In this document: one piece after another, positions 52,001 to 61,800 of the stretch
How the letters are laid out: every line of letters begins with the position of its first letter
Position numbering within the stretch: the first letter of the stretch is position 1
Made by a program: the position numbers and the translations under genes
The notes under the pieces: model-generated
Database searches by the model: none
What the model was told of the DNA's origin: nothing
The model's input: the letters and a program-made list of their open reading frames with translations, nothing else
NCBI RefSeq assembly: GCF_018350175.1
Contig: NC_058369.1
Coordinates: forward strand, 9,674,001 to 9,738,000
Direction: 5' to 3'
From: Felis catus
Lineage: Eukaryota
DNA length: 64,000 nucleotides

Positions 52001-55000
52001 CATTTGTGCCACCTGGCATCGGTCTCTGGGAGAATTCGGCGCCCCTGATTTTGCCCCGTTGGCAGAGCCTTAATTCCATAAAGCAGCAAGTCTCTGTATC
52101 AGTCAGCTGTTGCCGGGTAACAAAATGATGAACGTGTATTACGTGTTGCTCCCAATTCTGCAGCTCAGCTGGATGTCTCTGCTGGCCTTACCTGGGCTTG
52201 GCTGACCTGGGCTGGGCTCTCTCATGCGTCGGGGGTCACCTGCCTGGGGGACTGCCTGGTCCGGCATGGCCTGGGCCAGCACGACCGGGCTCTGCTCCAC
52301 ATGTCTCTCATCCCCCAGTTGGCTAGCCTGGCCGTGTTCACATGGGAGCACCCAGCTTCCAGAAGAGACTGGGCGGAGGCAGGCAAGGACTCTTGAGGCC
52401 ACAACCCAGAGCTGGCACACTGTCACTTCTGTCTCACTGATGGCCCAGTCGTGTTGCAGGGGGAGGGGCGGTGAGTTCATTCCACCTCTCGACAGGACGT
52501 GCTGCAGACACACATTGCCAAGGGCACGGATACGGGGAGGAGAAAGAATCACAGCCATCCTGCCACTGAGCCAGGACAGTGGCCCTTCCCGCAGGGCTCT
52601 CCTTTTATTTCTGGCCCGTGCCCCCGCGGGCCACCCAGGACCAGTAGCAGAAGCCAGCCTATGCTGCCTCGGAAGGACGAGCCCTTCTCTGCTTCATGGA
52701 CTCTGACCTCAGTCTCCATGGTCCATCGTGGGCCTGAGCAGATCCACTGACAAAATCACGAGAGGTCAGAATGTCTTTGGAAAAAGAATCAAGATCGGAG
52801 GCCCAGCAGTGGCCTCAGGAAGCCGAGAGCTGAAGGTCACTTCAAAACACAAAACCCCCCCGCACCTCCATGCTCCAGCCGCTCTGTTTGCTGAGCCCTC
52901 AGCTCATCTGTACGGTGTCTTCCCTTCACCCCATTATTCCTTACATAACGGTGTCTCAAACTGGAAGCCTTGTCGCTCCCGTACACGGACGGCCAGGTCA
53001 CGGGTCGCAAATAGAAGCATGGAGAAGAAATCCAGTGACAGTGCAGCAAGTTTCCTAAACTCTGGCTGGGCCGCTGCTCCTCCCCTCGGCTCCCCCCACC
53101 CGCCGTGGCCTCGGCTGGCACGGGTGCGCGGACCCAAGGAGAGCCCGAGCGCACCGGGTGCCAGCGAGCTCTTTTCTCTTCGTGTAGGTTTGAGATGCCC
53201 TATAACATCTGGTGCGACGGCTGCAAGAACCACATCGGCATGGGTGAGCCCCGCCCGCCCTTCCGTTCCTCGCCCCGCCCCCGACCACTCAGCCCCGCAG
53301 ATGGCCAGCCCCTTGGCCGCTGGGCCCAGGAGAGACCGTCTCCACCAGGGGCCCCCGATCAGGCTTCGGAGAGGAAACGGGCACCCGAGTGACTGGTGGG
53401 TCGTGGACACCTTGTCGCAGAGCAGTCGGGAGGCCCGGCCTTGCCACTTCCTAGCTAGCCGGACCTCAGCAAGTGACTTAGTCTCTGTGTGCCTCAGTTT
53501 ACCTACCCATAAGACTCACGTGGTAGGAGAGCTGTGTGGCAGGCCGAGTGCATAACCCACGGCACAGAGTACGCACGAGGGCTCAGGACCTAAACCGCTG
53601 CTGCCTGTGCTGTGACCTTTAATATTGGACCCCTGTCCGTGCCACAGATGGGCAGACAGACAGACGTGGGGCCACGGCCCCACTGGGCAGCTCTGAGATC
53701 TCAGGCAGGTGACATGACCCACCTGGCTTCCACGTCCTCCTCGGATACAGGGACCCTCAGCTCTTCACGCAGCGCCTGGCCCGGTGCAGCAGCTCATTCT
53801 GTAAACGGGAGCGGTGGCCCTTGGCAGTAGGGGCTGGCCACTGTCACAGGGGCCGCAGAAGAGCAGGAAGGAGGGGCTGGGCCGCCCCACTGCTACGGAG
53901 GATGAGTGAATCCTCCCCACCCAGTAGGTCCCCCTGATCAGACCCAGCCAGGGGCACCTGCCCCAAAGGCCCCCGGGTGCTCAGGGGACAGAAAGCAGGA
54001 CACAGCCTAACACCCAAGGTGGGTCACCCTCAGGGCTGTGAACCGAAGCAGCCACCGGGAAAGGGAAACTCAGGCCATGCCACCCGCCAGCCCAAGCTCT
54101 GTTTTTGTGGTTTAAAGCTTTTTTTCCACCCCATAAGCGAGACTAAACCGGTCAAGAATACGAACCGTCTAATCAGTGAAAAACCCGAAAACGCAGATGT
54201 TATTAGTGAAAGCCAACCCTCCTTGAACACCTGCCAAGTCCCAGCCCCCGTGCTGAGTGATGCGTGTGTATCGTCAGCCCCCGTAGGTGTCACCGCAGCG
54301 CTGTGTGGTGAACAGGATAGTCGTCCCTGTTGAATAGGTGGGGAAACTGAGCAGCCGACCTACGGCCGCGTAGCTGGTATGCGGTGAAGTCGGTATTTGA
54401 ACCCGGACCCTCCTGCCGCCACCCACACTCCTCTGTGGCTTGAGCACCCGTTGTGTGGCCTGGACACAGCTCTTTCCCACCTTGAACTTCAGGGCTCTCC
54501 AGAGGTGTCTCCCCTGCGGGTACACGGAATAGCACCCCTGTCTGCCCCCTGTCAGCAGAGATGCTGGGGGTGGCCTGAACCTGAGCCTCCGTTCTTTCCC
54601 TCTCCTCCCAGGTGTTCGTTACAATGCAGAAAAGAAGAAGGTTGGCAATTATTACACAACGCCCATCTACAGGTAGGGGCAGCCTGGCGGGTGTCCCCAG
54701 AGGGACACATTGGTTAGCCACAGGGTGAGGGGGCTACAAAGGAGTCGCAGTAGGAGGGCAGCCATTCCCTGATGGCCATTTGCAACGGTCCTTTCCTGGA
54801 AACTGTCCTGGTCTGTCAGTCTGGGCACATCCCTCTGGCTAGAACCCTCCATGGCTCCCACCTTCCTCAGACTAAAAAAAGCCTGAGTCCTCCCCACTGC
54901 CCACAAGGCCTTGCACACTCTGCCCGGTCCCGTCTGTGTCCTCACCTCCTTCCGCTCTCCCCCTGAGTTCCCTCACATACACACCCCCCCCCCCCCAGGA

Positions 55001-57446
55001 AGATCCCCCACCTCGATGCTCTCAGCCTGGAATGCTCTTCCCCAGACATCCGCAAGGCTCCCTCTCCTTCCTTGGGTTTCTGCTCCAACACCACCTCTCA
55101 GAGAGGCCTCTTCCAGAGCAGCACTCACCCCCCAACACTGGTTGCTTGTGCATTTGCTGCGAGCGTGGCCCCTGCTGGGATGTCAGCCCCTCTAAGAGCA
55201 GGTTGACGTCCTTCACCGCCGTGTCCTCAGCAGCCGCTGCCAAGCCTGCCGCAGGGCAGCCTCGCTCGGGAGGGTTTGTTGAATGCACGAAGGAGCAAAC
55301 TCCAGACAGAAGGTCAGCTCTGGGGCGATGGGACGGTGTGTGTCTCACCCACAGCCGTGACCCCAGACACAGAGCTTGGTGGGTAGCAGGTGCTCAGTGA
55401 ACGCTTCCCGAATGATGCTCACCAGCGGAAGGAAGCAGGCGAGGGGTGACGGGTGGCCTGGGGCCGCCGCGGTGTCCTGACGTGCGCCCTCTGCCCACCC
55501 AGGTTCCGGATGAAATGCCACCTGTGCGTCAACTACATCGAGATGCAGACGGACCCCGCCAACTGCGACTACGTGATTGTGAGTGGCGCCCAGCGCAAGG
55601 AGGAGCGCTGGGACATGGAGGACAACGAGCAGGTGCTGACGACAGGTGAGCACGGGGGAGGGGTGGGCCCGGAGGCCAGCCCCGAGCCCGAGCCCGAGCC
55701 CGAAGGCCCTGCCGCGTTCCCGCTGTGGCAGAGCATGAGAAGAAGCAGAAGCTGGAGACGGACGCCATGTTTCGCCTGGAGCACGGCGAGGCCGACCGGA
55801 GCACGCTCAAGAAGGCCCTCCCCACCCTGAGCCACATCCAGGAGGCCCAGAGCGCCTGGAAGGATGACTTCGCTCTCAACAGCATGCTGCGGAAAAGGTT
55901 CCGGGTGAGTGGGGCTCCCGCGTGGCGTCGGGACCACGAGGGGGCAGGGGCCACCGACGTCGGAGGGGGGAGAACGCAGATGCGGCCCTGGCCCCACCAC
56001 ATGCCAGCTCCAGCTGGGCCATTTAGCCCTCTGAGCCTCAGTGTCCCCATCGGACCACGTCCCTACCTCGGGGCACCCGCGGGAAGCCCCTGGCCCAGCA
56101 GCTGTTATTAAGCAGGTAGCCCCTTCCGGGGAGCCCCAGCTCTGCCTTCAGCAGACTCTCCGAGGGAAAGAAAGCTTCGAGCTAGAGCACAGGTGAGGCC
56201 CAGCCCCGCCAAGGGGGACAGCCGAGGCCCAGCAGGGCCCTGACCTACTACTCAGCTCCTAACACGTATTTCACGGGTCCACGCAGCCATCCCAGAACGG
56301 AGCCCCGAGATCATCAACCCGCGCCCGCACGGTTGCCAAAATATCTCTGCCGTACCCTGTGGTAAAAAATGTCTGAAAGGGGAGAGTCGCTTACGACGAA
56401 GCGTGGCCGTGCGTGTTTCAGTGTACAAGTGCCTGAGTGCAGGGTCGCTGAGGGCACACGTGCAGACCCCGACTCGCACCCCCGGGGGCACGGTCCTCCC
56501 TCGATGTCTGCTCACGTCGCCCACTTGCTGGGTGGCTTCCACGTCCCGGGCACCGCGTGAGGCCCTTGCCTCGGATGAGCTTGAAGAGGAGGAAACCGAG
56601 TGGCGCCACGCACCCCGGGTCAGCGGGCAGGGGAGAGGCGGGTCTTTGACAGCCACCGTACCTTTCCCCCACCCTGTCCCCCACCACACAGGAGAAGAAA
56701 AAAGCCATGCAGGAGGAGGAGGAGAGGGACCAGGCGTTGCAGGCTAAGGCGAGCCTGGCCATCCCGCTGGTGCCCGAGACGGAGGACGACCGCAAGCTGG
56801 CCGCCCTGCTCAAGTTCCACACCCTGGACTGTGCGTGGGGGGGCCGGTGGGCAAGGGGGACCGGGTGGGCAGATACGGAGGTCCCCGGCCATGAGCGGGC
56901 CACGGCAGGCCAAGGCAGAGGGCGGCTGTGGACCTCCTTCCCTCTCTTGCCTCCCCATCCCCAGCCTACGAGGACAAGCAGAAACTCAAGCGGACGGAGA
57001 TCATCAGCCGCTCCTGGTTCTCCTCCACCCCGGGACCCCGCACCGGCAGCAGCAAAGCCGGCAGCGTCCTGAAGAAGCTGGCCCAGAACCGCAGATGCGC
57101 ACCCGTCGGCTCCCCCATCACCGTAGAGGACCTGGGCATCGTGCGGCGGCGGTCCCGAGAGGCCTTGGAGAACCTCCGGCTCGCCGCGGAGACCCCCAAG
57201 CCTGGGGAGCCATGGGTGCCAGAGGGGAACACCCAGGACAGGCCCGCATCCCCCCCAGACGGCTCTCCGGAGACAGCCGAGACCCCCAGGAGCAGGGGAC
57301 CTCCGGGGCAGGCGGGGAAACGTCAGGACAGACCCCGGTCCCCACCAGGCCCCTCTCAGGAGGCAGCCGCCTCCCAGGACACACCACACCCGGGCACCCT
57401 CAGCTCCTCCCTGGTGGCCGATTACTCCGACTCAGAGAGTGAGTGA
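48830..57446 (+). CDS. YJU2B: YJU2B (CCDC130) probable splicing factor, spliced CDS of 9 coding exons, 1194 nt / 397 aa
   Basis: Exons joined at GT-AG sites keep frame and give MGERKGVNKYYPPDFNPEKHGSLNRYHNSHPLRERARKLSQGILIIRFEMPYNIWCDGCKNHIGMGVRYNAEKKKVGNYYTTPIYRFRMKCHLC...SLVADYSDSESE*. This is the CWC16/Yju2 family with CxxC...CxxC zinc ligands (CDGC, CHLC). Confidence 0.97.
49010..49590 (-). mobile_element. L1MB-like 3' fragment with (TTTC)n tail, apparently interrupting a MER5A-like element (~48965-49010 and 49590-49720)
   Basis: aaattaaccattttagagtgtac...tagtggcatttagt...ggcttctttcac; flanks tggttctcaaagt...aatcacccagggagctt and ttttaaaagccc...ggggcccagg...ttttagaaactc. Confidence 0.65.
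50122..50175 (+). CDS. YJU2B: YJU2B coding exon 2 (GERKGVNKYYPPDFNPEK)
   Basis: ctttccag|GGT...AAG|gtaagg; 54 nt. Confidence 0.96.
50385..50589 (-). mobile_element. CanSINE in a YJU2B intron (antisense)
   Basis: Reverse-complement SINE structure. Confidence 0.9.
51190..51500 (+). mobile_element. Two tandem CanSINEs in a YJU2B intron (short copy at 51190, full copy at 51288)
   Basis: Two SINE heads; the second has a CT tract and tail. Confidence 0.9.
51887..51969 (+). CDS. YJU2B: YJU2B coding exon 3 (HGSLNRYHNSHPLRERARKLSQGILIIR)
   Basis: gtgcag|CAT...ATCAG|gtaaga; 83 nt. Confidence 0.96.
53188..53243 (+). CDS. YJU2B: YJU2B coding exon 4 (FEMPYNIWCDGCKNHIGM)
   Basis: cgtgtag|GTTT...ATGG|gtgagc; 56 nt. 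Confidence 0.96.
54612..54672 (+). CDS. YJU2B: YJU2B coding exon 5 (GVRYNAEKKKVGNYYTTPIYR)
   Basis: ctcccag|GTGTT...TACAG|gtaggg; 61 nt. Confidence 0.96.
55503..55645 (+). CDS. YJU2B: YJU2B coding exon 6 (FRMKCHLCVNYIEMQTDPANCDYVIVSGAQRKEERWDMEDNEQVLTT)
   Basis: cacccag|GTTC...ACAG|gtgagc; 143 nt. Confidence 0.96.
55732..55904 (+). CDS. YJU2B: YJU2B coding exon 7 (EHEKKQKLETDAMFRLEHGEADRSTLKKALPTLSHIQEAQSAWKDDFALNSMLRKRFR)
   Basis: gtggcag|AGCAT...CCGG|gtgagt; 173 nt, after an 86-nt intron. Confidence 0.95.
56692..56830 (+). CDS. YJU2B: YJU2B coding exon 8 (EKKKAMQEEEERDQALQAKASLAIPLVPETEDDRKLAALLKFHTLD)
   Basis: cacacag|GAG...GACT|gtgcgt; 139 nt. Confidence 0.94.
56965..57446 (+). CDS. 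YJU2B: YJU2B last coding exon (SYEDKQKLKRTEIISRSWF...LVADYSDSESE*)
   Basis: atccccag|CCTAC...; TGA at 57444-57446; same frame as ORF 56928..57446. Confidence 0.95.
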
Positions 57447-57642
57447 GCAGTTCTGGGCACTGGACCTGCTCCAGAGGCTGCGACCCAGCCAGGAGGCCCC
57501 TCCCGGACTGCAGCCTTGCTTGCCCCCCAGCCCTCCGAGCGCTCAGACGCTGCCCCTCCCGAGACCTCGCCTTCCTGCAGCAGTGGAGTTATTTATTTGG
57601 TCCTGGAGAGGGTGTTTGTGCCTTGTGGGACAACATCCCAAC

Positions 57643-57648
57643 ATTAAA
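57643..57648 (+). terminator. YJU2B: YJU2B polyadenylation signal (ATTAAA)
   Basis: ATTAAA ~200 nt after the stop, followed by a pyrimidine/GT-rich stretch. Confidence 0.7.
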
Positions 57649-58479
57649 GCCCTGCTTCTTTGTCCCTGCCTCAAGTTGCTAGATGGGCCCAGGGGCTGAC
57701 TCCCCCCGCACCCCACCACCCAGCTAAGCTTCGCAGGACTCTCACCAGGCAGCGTGATGCTACGGCCACAGCCACGATCCCCGCCCAGCATGAGGGTTTC
57801 AGTGTGGTAGCTCAGGTTGGCCTGCAATCAGAGCGGACTTCCCAGAGGAGGCAGTACAGTCTCAGTGCGAAAGGTGGAGGGGGGACCGGGCAGCAGGAAC
57901 CGCACAGTTAGGACTGGGAACACAGGAGGTGCCTGAAGCAGTCAAACCCGGAGCGTGCAAGTGTGGGGTTTTTGTTCTCCCCAGCCTGTAGGGGTGCCTT
58001 GGAAAGGTCACGAAAAGGCCCTCTCCCCTACCCCCTTCCCTGCCATGGTGGATCTTTTGGAGGGAACTGGTAAACTGAACAGGAAATAGCTCAGAAACAG
58101 CAGGGCATCGACCCAGAAACCCAACCGGCCACCTCCCCTTAAACCGGGGAACAGGAAGAGCATTTAACAAATGTGGGGGTTTGTAGCCCCAGGGGATACG
58201 GCAGTGACCCAGCCACACAGAGCGCTTGGTGCTGAGGTTCTGGCCAGATTCATATTTCGCCTGATGGGGCATGGTGGCCCCAGGGGCTGTCCCCAGCCCA
58301 CCAGCCTTTGCTCCCTGCAGGGAAGGGAAGGTTTCAGGGCAACAGTAAGAGCCCCTTAGTCTCTGAAATACCCAGTGCGGGCCTTTATTTGAGACCACCT
58401 TCAGCATTCTCTGTGGCTGAAGAAATCAGGCACCTAAGGGTGCCCACCCGGGATTTGGGGGACCTTGCTGCGAGCCCTT

Positions 58480-58756
58480 AACTCCGGTCAGCCGAACGGT
58501 AAACAACGTGGCCCCAGAAACAGTGCGCTCTGGTTTCCAGAAGGCGGCTAACTGCCCAAACTCAGCCCTGGGGGTAGGGCGGGCTCGGCCTCCTGGACCG
58601 CCGGTCCTGCGGGGTTGCTGTGCGCACGCGCCTCCTTCCGAAAGGGCGGGGCGGGTCCTGCCCACTCCTTGCGTCCTGTCCCCGCGCGTGCGCAGGGAGG
58701 TCCCCCCCCCCCCCCACCTCGTCCTTCCAGAGCGGCGTGAGCGAGGCGGCGGTACC
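58480..58756 (+). promoter_or_regulatory. MRI1: MRI1 CpG-island promoter / 5' UTR
   Basis: CpG-dense, with GC boxes (GGGCGGGG near 58577 and 58644) and NRF1-like TGCGCACGCG / GCGTGCGCA motifs just upstream of the ATG. Confidence 0.8.
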
Positions 58757-58887
58757 ATGGCCTTGGAGGCGATCCGCTACTCCCGGGGCTCGCTGGAGAT
58801 CCTCGACCAGCTGCTGCTGCCCAGCACAGCCGCTACGAGGCAGTGGGCTCGGTGCGCCAGGCCTGGGAGGCTATCCGCGCCATGAAG
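58757..58887 (+). CDS. MRI1: MRI1 coding exon 1 (apparent 1-nt deletion at 58820-58822)
   Basis: accATGG Kozak context; donor ATGAAG|gtggga. The frame shifts after LLLP; the shifted frame reads [22 protein letters not shown]. Confidence 0.9.
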
Positions 58888-61800
58888 GTGGGACCGCGCG
58901 GCGCGGCGACGGGGCAGGGATGGGAGGGGAGCGGCCCCTTCTGACGCCCCGATCCCTCCCCTCCAGGTGCGCGGCGCCCCGGCCATCGCGCTCGTGGGCT
59001 GTCTCAGCCTCGCCGTGGAGCTGCAGGCGGGTGCGGGGGGACCGGGCCTCGCCGCACTGCTGGCTTTCGTGCGCGACGCGCTGAGCTTCCTGGTCACCGC
59101 TCGGCCCACCGCGGTCAACCTGGCCCGCGCGGCCAGCCAGCTGGCCGACGCCGCAGCCTTGGAGGCCGAGCGCGAGGGCGCCACGGAAGAGACGGTCCGG
59201 GAGAGGTAGGGAGGCCTTGGGCCAAACACTGCTCCGCGTGGAAGCTGTTGACTCATCTTTTCGCACAGCGACCCGTTTTACATACAGGAAAACTGAGGCA
59301 CGGCATGTCAGTCCAAGGCCACGCAAGCGGGACTAAGAGCCCTTACCGGACGGCCGGGTCCCAAGGTCCTTGCACTCAAGTTCAAGTCTCTTGAGTCTGC
59401 CTCCCCAGAACATGCCCAGCCCCATCTGCCTCGTCCCTTTTGGAGCCACTGCATTCTCCTAGTTTTTCTTTTTGAGGAATTTTGCTTCCTGCCTTGATCC
59501 CTTCCCTGCCCTTTTGTTTTTCTACTCTTCTCTGTTGCAGCTACGTGGTCACTTGGCATGTTTCTTGACCTTACCAAGCTTACTCCTGTCTCAGGGCCTT
59601 TGCACACGCCATCTCTTGCAGGCCGGGCATCCACAGAGCTTACTCTCTGTCAGGGTTCAGGTTTCTGTCTTCCCCACACCTCCTGTAATACAGCTCATCC
59701 CCCCCATCTCTGTCCCCTGACTCGGCTGCCTTCTCCTTCCATTAACTGCTTACCACCTGCCTCCCCGACCCTAGCGGGAGCTCCACAGGGGCAGAGATTT
59801 TTGTGCTGTGCTCTCCCGCGCCCATGAGGTACTCGGTAAACATACGTTAAGTGAGCAAGTGGTGTGACAGGTGACGGTCCAGAAGAGTGCAGGTCCCACA
59901 GCCTGGAGAGGCTGTGAGCAGGAGGGCTCCTACTGAGCGGTGTTGGGCAGGGAGGAGGGGCTAGCCTGGGCCCCAAGGCCTGGTGGCTGGTGCTGAGAGC
60001 CCCTTGTCGGCCCCAGAGTGATCTGCTGTGCCGAGGACATGTTGGAGAAAGACCTCAGAGACAATCGGAGCATCGGGGACCTAGGAGCCCGCCACCTCCT
60101 GGAGCAGGTGGCTCCTGGGGGCGGCAAGGTGACCGTGTTGACCCACTGCAACACTGGTGCCCTGGCCACTGCTGGCTATGGCACTGCCCTGGGTGAGTGG
60201 GCATCATGGGAAGGGGGAAGGGCCCCTTTTGGATGCTAGAGAAAGAAATCCTAGTCGCTTTACCCACCAAAAAGATGTGAAGTTGTTCCTTTTTTGTTTT
60301 AATAAGTTTAAGTACTTTTAAACATTTATTTATTTTTGAGAGAGAGCAAGCGAGTGGGGGAGGGGCAGAGAGAGAAGGACAGAGGATCTGAAGCAGGCTC
60401 CGTGCTGACAGCAGAGAGCCCGATGTGGGGCCGTGAGATCATGACTTGAGCCAAAATCAGATGCTTACCCGACTGAGCCAGCCAGGTGCCCCGGTGAAGT
60501 TATTCTTGTACAGAAGTGCTTAGGTTGTTGGCTTCAGGTGTGGCTGGATCCAGGTGTTAGATAGTGGCATCAGGATCCATCTATCCCTGTCCCCTAAATC
60601 CTGCCCTCCGCGATGGCATCATTCTCATGCTCCACGGGTCAGCAGGGAGGCTGCTAGGATTCAGATCATGAGGAAAAGAGCCAAGGGTCTCTGTGCTGAC
60701 AGTGCTGGAAAAGTCTCCTTATATCTCAGGGGCTCTGATAGGGCCACTTGCCCATCCAGGATCAATCGGTCAACGGGCCCAGACTGAGCCTTATGCTTGG
60801 AATGGGCACGATGTGAACTCCAAGAGGACTGAGAAGGGAGTGGCCCCCCAAAAGAAAGATTGGGGTAGCTGTGACCAGGACAGTGGGGAACAGGTCCTGG
60901 GGGTCAAAATAGTAGATGCCACTTGACCCTAAATTCTCGGACATTTGCCTACCTGCCTGGGTCCTGCCCTTGTGCTTGGGGACTGAGACCTTGATGGCAA
61001 GGTACTCGTTTATTCACTCAATAAACATCAATTAAGAACCCGAGTACCCCACCATTCCTGCATACATGCATTCCTCTATTCGCTCAATGCTTACTAAGCA
61101 CCTGCTGTGTACCAGGCACAGTTCTAGGCACTGGGGACCCAGCAGTGAAAACAGTAGACAAAACCTCTGCCCCAAGGAACAGGAAAGTAGGAAGAAGTAA
61201 CACAAGCAAGTCGGTAAATACGCACGCTGCGTTCGAGGGTGGATGAGTACGAAAGAGCAGGGAAGGGGTCGGAGGGGTGGGGGGGGGTGGCTGTGCGAGC
61301 TCGAGGAATCAGGGAGGGCCTTCCGGAGAAGGTGTTCTCTAAGCCCACACGTACCGGGCAGAGGAAACCATCACTGCAGGGGCCCAGGGATGAGACTGTG
61401 CCTGGCGAGGCTTTGGTGAGCTGTGCTTCTAAACAGCGAGCCACTCGGCCCAAGTGTCGCTGTCTGTTTCATCCTGACCTTCTGGTGGGCCGAGCCCTAC
61501 AGGGGTGATCCGCGCGCTGCACACCCTGGGCCGTCTGGACCACGCCTTCTGCACGGAGACCCGGCCCTACAACCAGGGAGCCCGGCTGACTGCCTTCGAG
61601 CTGGTCTACGAGCAGATCCCCGCCACGCTCATCGCCGACAGCACGGCAGCAGCCGCCATGGCCCACAGAGGGGTGTCAGGTCAGCGGGCGCGATGCCGGT
61701 GGGCAGGGCTTCCAGGCGTCCGGGGCCAGGTGAGGACCCCAGCATCTTGCTCCCCAGCCGTCATCGTAGGAGCCGACCGCGTGGTTGCCAACGGTGACAC

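Noticed and set aside
52728..53555. 275-aa + strand ORF across a YJU2B intron/exon
   Set aside because: Non-ATG start, out of frame with the true exon, no recognisable domain.
56689..56694. NAGNAG tandem acceptor (CAG GAG) at YJU2B coding exon 8
   Set aside because: Distal GAG acceptors are rarely used and the effect would be loss of a single Glu.
56418..57442. Long ORFs of 323 aa (-) and 280 aa (+) overlapping the YJU2B 3' exons
   Set aside because: Shadow frames in very GC-rich coding sequence, with low-complexity G/P/R composition and no family resemblance.
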